Below, one piece after another: positions 37,468-43,937 of a stretch of 43,937 bases of DNA; the stretch's first letter is position 1, and each line of letters begins with the position of its first letter. Source of the stretch: an uncultured Enterobacteriaceae bacterium (GTDB lineage Bacteria > Pseudomonadota > Gammaproteobacteria > Ga0077536); NCBI GenBank assembly GCA_964342175.1, contig CAYFFH010000001.1, positions 1 through 43,937 on the forward strand, in the 5' to 3' direction. The notes under the pieces were generated by a model. That model saw only the letters and a list, made by a program, of their open reading frames with translations, was not told where the DNA came from and made no database searches. The translations under genes were made by a program, and so were the position numbers.

Positions 37468-38727
37468 TTACGTCTTCCTGACTACTTTCTGATGCGATGG
37501 CATAGCCGCCTTAACTGCTGCTTTTACCACTGGAACATCTGCCTCGGCGAGTGACTGCATCGGATTTTTACGGGCCAACGCGGCTTCTATGTAGGGCTCA
37601 AGACGCTGCCTTTTATTGTCCTCACGTTCATTGGCATCCGCAGAATATTTCGGCATCACCGTACGGGAGAAAAGCTCTAGCGATGCGCAAATATTCTCGT
37701 GGGAATTGCGTCCTGCCTGCTGCAAAAAAATTACTTGATCAACCCCAGCCTCCTGCAAATTGGTTATATGTGTCCGCATCTGTTCAGGCGTGCCAATTCC
37801 AGCCCCATCAAATTCTCCCCGTGCCAATGCAGCTTTGATCAGGCGATCGGACGCATCTCCACGCCTTTCACGAAACTCTTCCCACATATTGCTGTAGCCA
37901 GGAACGAAGTCATCAGCAACAAGTTTTTGTTGCGAATAACGAAAAAACTCAAAATGATCTTGCCCACGGCGAATCGCCTCGGCTCCATCTTCATGAAGAG
38001 AGAAGGCCGAAACCATCGCTAGATTCGCGTTTACCGACCAACCGAGGGGCACGCATTGGTCACTTTTTATGATGTCATAATATATTTTCGACCAAGTGCT
38101 CGCCTCGTCGGGATCTAAAAACGAAAATGCCAAAGCGCCAATCCCATTCTTTGCAGCCACTTTGATTGTCTCGCGGTTAGTGCAGGCCATCCACAAAGGC
38201 GGATGAGGTTGCTGAAAAGGCTTCGGCAAAACATTCCGGCATGGCATGGAAAATCCTTCACCCTCAAAACCCGGATAAGGTGTCAGAACCATCATGTTAC
38301 ATATCTGCTCGGCGGCTTCGAGCGCGCGTGACCGTTTAGTCTTCGCCGAGATCCCGAATGCACCAAGTTCCAACCGAGTTGCACCCTCCCCAATTCCGAA
38401 CTCTACTCGACCATCGGAAATCAAATCCAAGGTCGCTAAACCCTCCGCTGTACGTGCTGGATGGTTATAATTTGGAATAACCTGACGAATACCATGCCCA
38501 ATACGAATGTTTTTGGTTTGCGCCGCAGCAGCAGCTAGGAAAACTTCCGGCGCTGACGAATGTGAATACTCGTCGAGAAAATGATGCTCAACTTGCCATG
38601 CGTAATCGAACCCTAAGCGATCTGCTAGTGACACTTGTTCCAGTGCGTCTTTGAATAAGCGATGTTCATCGCCATCCACCCATGGTCGCGGCAACTGTAA
38701 TTCGTAAAACACACCAAAGCGCATCAT
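37468..38727 (-). CDS. Luciferase-like (LLM-class) flavin-dependent monooxygenase/oxidoreductase, long form, distinct from the 22.7-kb copy
   Basis: 419 aa with SD AAGGAG. It has MMRFGVFYELQLPRPW...ADRLGFDYAWQVEHHFLDEYSHSSAPEVFLAAAAAQTKNIRIGHGI...LDLISDGRVEFGIGEG. Confidence 0.85.
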   Translation of the reverse strand: MMRFGVFYELQLPRPWVDGDEHRLFKDALEQVSLADRLGFDYAWQVEHHFLDEYSHSSAPEVFLAAAAAQTKNIRIGHGIRQVIPNYNHPARTAEGLATLDLISDGRVEFGIGEGATRLELGAFGISAKTKRSRALEAAEQICNMMVLTPYPGFEGEGFSMPCRNVLPKPFQQPHPPLWMACTNRETIKVAAKNGIGALAFSFLDPDEASTWSKIYYDIIKSDQCVPLGWSVNANLAMVSAFSLHEDGAEAIRRGQDHFEFFRYSQQKLVADDFVPGYSNMWEEFRERRGDASDRLIKAALARGEFDGAGIGTPEQMRTHITNLQEAGVDQVIFLQQAGRNSHENICASLELFSRTVMPKYSADANEREDNKRQRLEPYIEAALARKNPMQSLAEADVPVVKAAVKAAMPSHQKVVRKT

Positions 38728-39291
38728 TATCTCCTTAGTGGATTTTTGTAGATCGGACGATCTTTACCGTTCCGTCATACCCTGCGAAGTGATAACCCTT
38801 GACTACAATAACACTTACCCCTACGCGTCAAGACAATAGAGCTAACTACTGTCATATAAGCGGGCACCGGTGATTATGGTGAAGTATATACACTCGCCAG
38901 TGGCGTAGTAACACAAAAGAATGGATGATGATCTAGTAATTTATGAGCATCTACCATTCAGACTAGATATTTTAAACTTATTATCGCTAACCCTGATACT
39001 CAACTTACGCACTCTGCACTGTAGGAGTTTTTTGGTTGTTAAAGTCAATAAATTCGAAAAATTAATCCTAATCATAAAACGCTGTGTAAATTTTATGCAT
39101 GATCAACATATATTTAACCCCTACACGCCACGCATCTGAGGCTAAAGAAGCAGCGCAGGCGATTGTCACTAATGTCTTAATTTCTTTGGTACGTGTAAAT
39201 CCGTTGACTGCTTACAGTAATCAAGGAAGTCTAATCGGATAGTTACATCGTCAATCTGCTTTAAAAAGCCATGAAAGCCCGACGAAGAAAA

Positions 39292-42183
39292 TTATATGGC
39301 CAATCCGACACGGGCTGCGTCCATCCGTAGTTGGATGTGATTTACGTGTGCGAGCAGTTCAGCAGTAAAATGTTTCCGGTAGGAAATTTCCTCTTGACGA
39401 ATATTAGGATTTACAACTGCCAATGCTTGCAGCCGATCTAGTTCGAGGCGTTGATCAACGTTGATATCATTTCGCGCGATATTTAATATTGGGTTAAATT
39501 GGATCTCAGCAATTTGCGTAGCACGATTAGCCATAGCATTGATTTCGGGTCGTGCTTTTTTTGCGACTTCGTGTGCAACATGTTTCTTTATCGGTTCTAC
39601 GATCGCGTTGATCCGTTCCTGTGTTAACACCCCACCAAGATCCTTAAGTTCTCTGTCGACTACGACACGGATCGTGCCTTGAGGAATATAGCGCGGTAAC
39701 TGTAAATAACGCGGCGCGGTGCAACTAACAACAAAGATTGCTTCCAGATAGAGTGTTCCCGGTTTCAAGAATGGGGCCTTGAGAGCACAAAGCGTTGCAT
39801 TGCCGAATTCTCCGGAAAGCATCATCTCCATTGCCCCGAAGACGATAGGATGTTCCCAAGTAAGAAAATGCATGTCTTCTTTGGATAAAGCCTCGGAGCG
39901 ATCGTAGGTTCCCGTGACACCACCCTCCGGGAGGCCAGGGAAGCTGTGGCACAACATATGATCACCTGGACGAACGATAACGCTCGACGATCCTTGTCTT
40001 TCTTGCTCTACACCAAAGAAATCAAACATACCATCCATGTAGTTTTCGAGTTCGAGTTTTCGACCAGCCGCCGTCACAGCGTCTACAATCTTGGATGCTT
40101 CGACCGCGTCATGCGAATTAAATTCAAGGAGTCGATCACGGCCAAGACGCAGAGCCTCACGCGTTATTGCCGCTTTATTACGGGTCGCTTTGATAAGCGC
40201 ATCAAGAGTATTCTCGTCGTACGGACCTCTGATAACAGCTTTTAGAGCGTCTTCAAAATGTTCAAATAATGACCGACCGGCAGAGAAAACTTGCTCAAAT
40301 GCATTAATACCTTCGTCGTACCATTTGATAAGCACTTCCGAAGCAGAGGCAGCATAATAGGGCACGTGTATCTGAACGAGTTTGCGTTGCCCGATTCGAT
40401 CCAAACGCCCAATCCTCTGCTCCAAAAGATCGGGGCTAAGTGGAATATCGAACAGAACCAGATCATGAGCAAATTGAAAATTGCGTCCTTCGCTGCCAAT
40501 TTCGGAGCATACCAGTACCTCTGCGCTTTCTTGCTCATCCGCAAAATAGGCGGCGGCTCTATCCCGGGCGACCAAACCCAACCCCTCATGGAATACGGCC
40601 GATCGGAGCCCGCTTCGTGTTCGCAGATACTCTTCTAAGGCGATTGCGGTAGTTGCTTGAGCGCAAATCACCAAGCTTTTTTGTCCGCGATGTTCATGTA
40701 ACCAATTACCTAACCATTCGACCCGAGGATCAAGCAGAAGCCAGGACTCTCCGAGTATATTCTCTGGATGCAGTAGATCTGAGGGTGCCGCATTCACACT
40801 CCGGTTAAGGTATTCAGCTGGCGCAACAAGTGGATACGGGTAAAATTTGCGCTCCGGAAAACCCTTCACCGTATCACGACAATTGCGGTACAAGACGCGA
40901 CCGGTGCCGTATCGATCAAGCAGGTCCTTAATCGCTTGGGTTATCAAAGCAGGCCTTTGTGAAAGGTCTGCGGCGATAATTGCGTCCACTTTATTTTGCC
41001 CTAGGAAATCAACTAGTAAACTCTGTTTAACCGAATCACCAGGGATAGACTCTAGCAATGCTGGATCCAATAGGCTCACGACAAGATCTGCTATCGGTTG
41101 ATAGTTATCTTCTTCGGCACGAAATTCTCGCAAGTCATGATAACGGTGCGGATCAAGTAGACGCAGGCGTGCGAAATGCCCCTCAACCCCGAGTTGCTCA
41201 GGTGTCGCAGTGATCAACACTAGGCCCGACGCTGTTTGTGAAAGAGCCTCTATAACACGGTAGGCTGGGCTAACTTGTTTTTCGTTCCAGGCTAAATGGT
41301 GAGCTTCATCGACGATCAAAAGATCCCATTGTGCCTCTAAGGCCTGCGCCTGACGCTCTGAATATTTAACCAGAAATGATAATCCAACCAAAATTAATTG
41401 GGCGGTCTCAAAAGGATTATTAATACCACCCTCAGGATATTCATCCGAATTATTATCACGCCCCTCAACCGCAGCGCATATCTCTTCATCCAGAATGGTG
41501 AAGTGTAGATTGAAACGTCTTAACATCTCCGCTAACCATTGGTGAACTAAGTTATCGGGAACTACTATCAATACACGATCGACATCGCCTTTCATAACCA
41601 GTTGATGCAAAATCAAGCCAGCCTCGATAGTCTTACCAAGACCAACTTCGTCAGCCAATAAGACGCGCGGGTGATGGCGCCCTGCCACCTCTTTTGCAAT
41701 ATAAAGCTGATGCGGTAATAACTGGACACGAGGGCCGACAAGGCCGTAAGCCTGAGACTGTAAATGTAGATGGTGTAAGCGAAGCGACTCTGAACGCAAA
41801 AGGAAGGCGTTATTTTTATCAATCTGCCCGGCAAATAGGCGGTCTAGCGGTCGACTAAATTGCACGAAACTATCTAATTCAAACTCCGGTAAAATTTCTA
41901 AGCTACCATCCTCGGAGATGCCGCCGTAGATTAAGCAACCGTTGGTTTCGTGCCGTTCCGTAACTCGTAGTAATCCACCGTCGGCGATTCTGATTGTTTC
42001 ACCAATTTCATACGTAACACGACTTAGCGGTGCATTTTCGATTGCGTAAACTCGCCGCTCACCTGAAGCAGGAAAACTTAAGGTCACTAGCCGATCAATA
42101 GACTCTATGACAATACCAAGCCCGAGCTCCGACTCGGTATTGCTGACCCATCGTTGGCCAGAGAAGAACGTCGATTCCGCCAA
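39292..42183 (-). CDS. rapA: RNA polymerase-associated SWI2/SNF2 ATPase RapA (HepA)
   Basis: 963 aa with a TTG start. It has the RapA-specific N-terminus FFSGQRWVSNTESELGLGIV, helicase motif I LLADEVGLGKT, the DEAH box LLIVDEAHHL, and C-terminal helicase motifs (SEIGSEGRNFQ, QRIGRLDRIGQ). Confidence 0.95.
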   Translation of the reverse strand: MAESTFFSGQRWVSNTESELGLGIVIESIDRLVTLSFPASGERRVYAIENAPLSRVTYEIGETIRIADGGLLRVTERHETNGCLIYGGISEDGSLEILPEFELDSFVQFSRPLDRLFAGQIDKNNAFLLRSESLRLHHLHLQSQAYGLVGPRVQLLPHQLYIAKEVAGRHHPRVLLADEVGLGKTIEAGLILHQLVMKGDVDRVLIVVPDNLVHQWLAEMLRRFNLHFTILDEEICAAVEGRDNNSDEYPEGGINNPFETAQLILVGLSFLVKYSERQAQALEAQWDLLIVDEAHHLAWNEKQVSPAYRVIEALSQTASGLVLITATPEQLGVEGHFARLRLLDPHRYHDLREFRAEEDNYQPIADLVVSLLDPALLESIPGDSVKQSLLVDFLGQNKVDAIIAADLSQRPALITQAIKDLLDRYGTGRVLYRNCRDTVKGFPERKFYPYPLVAPAEYLNRSVNAAPSDLLHPENILGESWLLLDPRVEWLGNWLHEHRGQKSLVICAQATTAIALEEYLRTRSGLRSAVFHEGLGLVARDRAAAYFADEQESAEVLVCSEIGSEGRNFQFAHDLVLFDIPLSPDLLEQRIGRLDRIGQRKLVQIHVPYYAASASEVLIKWYDEGINAFEQVFSAGRSLFEHFEDALKAVIRGPYDENTLDALIKATRNKAAITREALRLGRDRLLEFNSHDAVEASKIVDAVTAAGRKLELENYMDGMFDFFGVEQERQGSSSVIVRPGDHMLCHSFPGLPEGGVTGTYDRSEALSKEDMHFLTWEHPIVFGAMEMMLSGEFGNATLCALKAPFLKPGTLYLEAIFVVSCTAPRYLQLPRYIPQGTIRVVVDRELKDLGGVLTQERINAIVEPIKKHVAHEVAKKARPEINAMANRATQIAEIQFNPILNIARNDINVDQRLELDRLQALAVVNPNIRQEEISYRKHFTAELLAHVNHIQLRMDAARVGLAI

Positions 42184-42416
42184 ATCTAATGGCCTCTATG
42201 ATCGAATATTAGCCGAGTGGTTTTAATCCAAATTATATTAATCATTTCTCGCTACTAGGAAACCAGGGCGCGGCAGTATAAACCTATGTTATAAGCAATA
42301 AAATTTTACGAGAAAAAGTTTATTTGGTTGTGTTGGTGGTATGACGTTAACGTCGAGTTAGTGTTCCGTATCTAGGCTTCGATTTAAAGACATTAGGTAG
42401 CCTTCGAGCATCAGCT

Positions 42417-43391
42417 CTAATAGCATCCCGCTTCTCGCGCCCGAGCTTGAACAAGGGCAAGAACAATATCAATTGTCGGGGTTGCGATATCAACAAGCCT
42501 ACCGAGCTCCTGCACAGCGGTGATTACCGCATCGATCTCCATCGGGCGCCCGCGTTCCAAGTCTTGTAGCATCGAAGTCTTATGTGCTCCGACTGCTTCA
42601 GCCCCATCAATCCGTTGATCAATAGAAACATGGAAGCGGGCACCCAGGGCTTCCCCGATTGATTGTGCTTCTATCATAATAGAGCGTGCAATCGCACGTA
42701 GTTGCGGGTCAACACAGATGCAATCCAAGGTCGCCCCGGTTAGGACACTAATCGGATTAAAGGCGACATTACCCCATAGCTTGATCCAAATTTCATCGCG
42801 AATACGGGTCTTTATCGGTGCCTTGAGCCCGGCATTTCGTAAAACTTGTGAAAATTCAACTACCCGTTCGCTTTTTTCGCCGGTTATCTCACCCAACACA
42901 AATCGTTCACCCTGGAGATGTTGGATTATGCCGGGTTCTAACACCTCGCATGAAGGATAAACGACGCAACCAATGACCCTCTCCGGTTTAAGAATATTCC
43001 ATTGATTTCCGCTCGGATCTACACTGCGAATGCGACGTCCCTCATACACGCAATCGAGACCATAAAAGTACCACCATGGAATACCATTAACCGCTGGCAC
43101 GATAACGGTATGTGCGCCGCATAATGTTTCAATTTGATCGACGGCTGCCGGGACGGATTGCGCCTTCATTCCTATCACTACATAGTCCTGGATCCCGAGT
43201 TCAGTCGGATCATCAGTACAAGCGACCTGGCAAATCGACTCACTACCGTCGCTAAGGAGTCGCACGCCGTGTTCTCGAATTGCCCTCAAATGCGGACCGC
43301 GAGCAACAAGACTCACATCAACTCCGGCTAAACCAAGCCGAGCGCCCAGAAAGCCGCCGATAGCACCAGCACCGTAGATGCAAATCTTCAT
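42417..43391 (-). CDS. 2-dehydropantoate 2-reductase (PanE/ApbA) family oxidoreductase
   Basis: From ATG 43391 the product is 324 aa. It begins MKICIYGAGAIGGFLGARLGLAG (Rossmann fold) and has the C-terminal ApbA pattern (KTSMLQDLERGRPMEIDAV). The ORF-track start at 43520 overlaps the upstream gene. Confidence 0.85.
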   Translation of the reverse strand: MKICIYGAGAIGGFLGARLGLAGVDVSLVARGPHLRAIREHGVRLLSDGSESICQVACTDDPTELGIQDYVVIGMKAQSVPAAVDQIETLCGAHTVIVPAVNGIPWWYFYGLDCVYEGRRIRSVDPSGNQWNILKPERVIGCVVYPSCEVLEPGIIQHLQGERFVLGEITGEKSERVVEFSQVLRNAGLKAPIKTRIRDEIWIKLWGNVAFNPISVLTGATLDCICVDPQLRAIARSIMIEAQSIGEALGARFHVSIDQRIDGAEAVGAHKTSMLQDLERGRPMEIDAVITAVQELGRLVDIATPTIDIVLALVQARAREAGCY

Positions 43392-43431
43392 CGGTTGGTT
43401 AGTCGACAGTAAGTGATTAACGACATCGAAA

Positions 43432-43937
43432 TCAACACTTCCCGAGCCCGAGCTTTTCCGCAAGTCCAATCCGTTGCAGCTTGCCGGTTGCGCCTTTAGG
43501 AATATCATCGAGGAAAACAATCATTCGTGGGATCTTAAAAGCTGCTAGGCGAGAGCCGACAAAATCGCGTAGGTCACGTTCCGTGACTTTCGCGCCTGCG
43601 CGCAACACAACGGCGGCAGCAACCTCTTCGCCAAGCTTTGGATGCGACACCGCAAAGGTAGCCACTTGATCCACGTCGTCGTGATCCATGAGCACCTCAT
43701 CGACCTCGCGCGGGGCAATTTTTTCGCCACCACGATTAATGATCTCCTTTAGGCGTCCGCTGATAGAAAGAAATCCCTCATCGTCGAATACCCCTTGGTC
43801 ACCGGTGCGGAACCAATCACCGCCGCCATCAGGATCAATAACAAAAGCGCTACTGTTAGCATGTGGATTGGCCTCATAACCATTTGTAACGTTCGGTCCG
43901 CGAATCACGATTTCACCTTCGCCCTGGGAAATGAAAC
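43432..43937 (-). CDS. AMP-dependent acyl-CoA synthetase/ligase, C-terminal part; the N-terminus lies outside the window
   Basis: The frame is open to the window end (..[20 protein letters not shown]). It has the ANL-superfamily motifs [22 protein letters not shown] and [10 protein letters not shown]. Confidence 0.85.
   Translation of the reverse strand, partial: FISQGEGEIVIRGPNVTNGYEANPHANSSAFVIDPDGGGDWFRTGDQGVFDDEGFLSISGRLKEIINRGGEKIAPREVDEVLMDHDDVDQVATFAVSHPKLGEEVAAAVVLRAGAKVTERDLRDFVGSRLAAFKIPRMIVFLDDIPKGATGKLQRIGLAEKLGLGKC

Noticed and set aside
38806-39135. Direct repeat ACCCCTAC(G/A)CG about 300 bp apart, as possible target-site or att duplication flanking an insertion
   Set aside because: Only an 8-nt exact core is shared. 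In a 564-bp region a few 8-mer repeats are expected by chance, and no terminal inverted repeats or recombinase gene are present.
38921-39139. A 72-aa ORF in the A+T-rich spacer as a real small gene
   Set aside because: It has no Shine-Dalgarno sequence. Its composition (Leu/Ile/Asn/Lys-rich) is what about 31% GC DNA yields by chance, and no motif is present. It is treated as non-coding pending transcript or translation data.
39292-42183. The SNF2-family helicase as a possible defence-system component (DISARM/Zorya-like)
   Set aside because: It has the RapA-specific N-terminus (GQRWVSNTESELGLG) and RapA length and motif order. There are no methyltransferase, nuclease, ZorAB-like or other partner genes nearby. 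It is the housekeeping RNA polymerase recycling factor.
1-43937. CRISPR arrays, IS elements/transposases, integrases, prophage genes, toxin-antitoxin pairs, retrons and rRNA
   Set aside because: I read through all intergenic regions and ORF translations. No regularly spaced repeats, DDE/tyrosine-recombinase motifs, phage structural genes or reverse transcriptase motifs were seen. The only RNA gene found is tRNA-Gln.

Overview
The window reads as a chromosomal segment of a gammaproteobacterium, an inference from Pseudomonas-like gene order. It holds about 44 protein genes and one tRNA at high coding density. Reading by eye, I found no rRNA, IS/transposase, integrase, prophage, CRISPR array, toxin-antitoxin pair or recognisable defence genes.

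Layout:
- 1-19 kb is housekeeping. The minus strand carries prs (partial)-tRNA-Gln-ispE-lolB-TPR lipoprotein. Then come hemA-prfA-prmC-(small HMA-like ORF)-moeB, bfr-bfd, prlC, a YgiM-like SH3 protein, rpmE, an M48 protease, engB, cytochrome c4-dsbA and a CPA1 antiporter.
- 19.3-38.7 kb looks accessory and is bounded by two A+T-rich spacers. It contains an orphan CbbQ/NorQ-CbbO/NorD AAA+/VWA pair, two long luciferase-like monooxygenases (LLM), an OmpR-type two-component system and an acoABC-type TPP-dependent dehydrogenase. It also holds a small secreted 8-Cys protein, a TlpA-like thioredoxin, two SDRs, an SMP-30 lactonase, a nitroreductase-family flavoprotein, a rhodanese, a CMD protein and an NTF2-like protein.
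- 39.3-43.9 kb returns to core-type genes: rapA, a PanE-family reductase and a partial acyl-CoA synthetase.

I do not see a clear-cut new multi-gene system. The strongest leads are:
- the client-less QO (MoxR/VWA) pair next to an LLM;
- the redox/catabolic block as a possible ketone/lactone degradation route;
- the two-module 8-Cys secreted protein facing a periplasmic thioredoxin;
- a degenerate HMA-like ORF translationally coupled to prmC.

All functional calls come from recognising motifs and families in the translated ORFs. No database searches were run.
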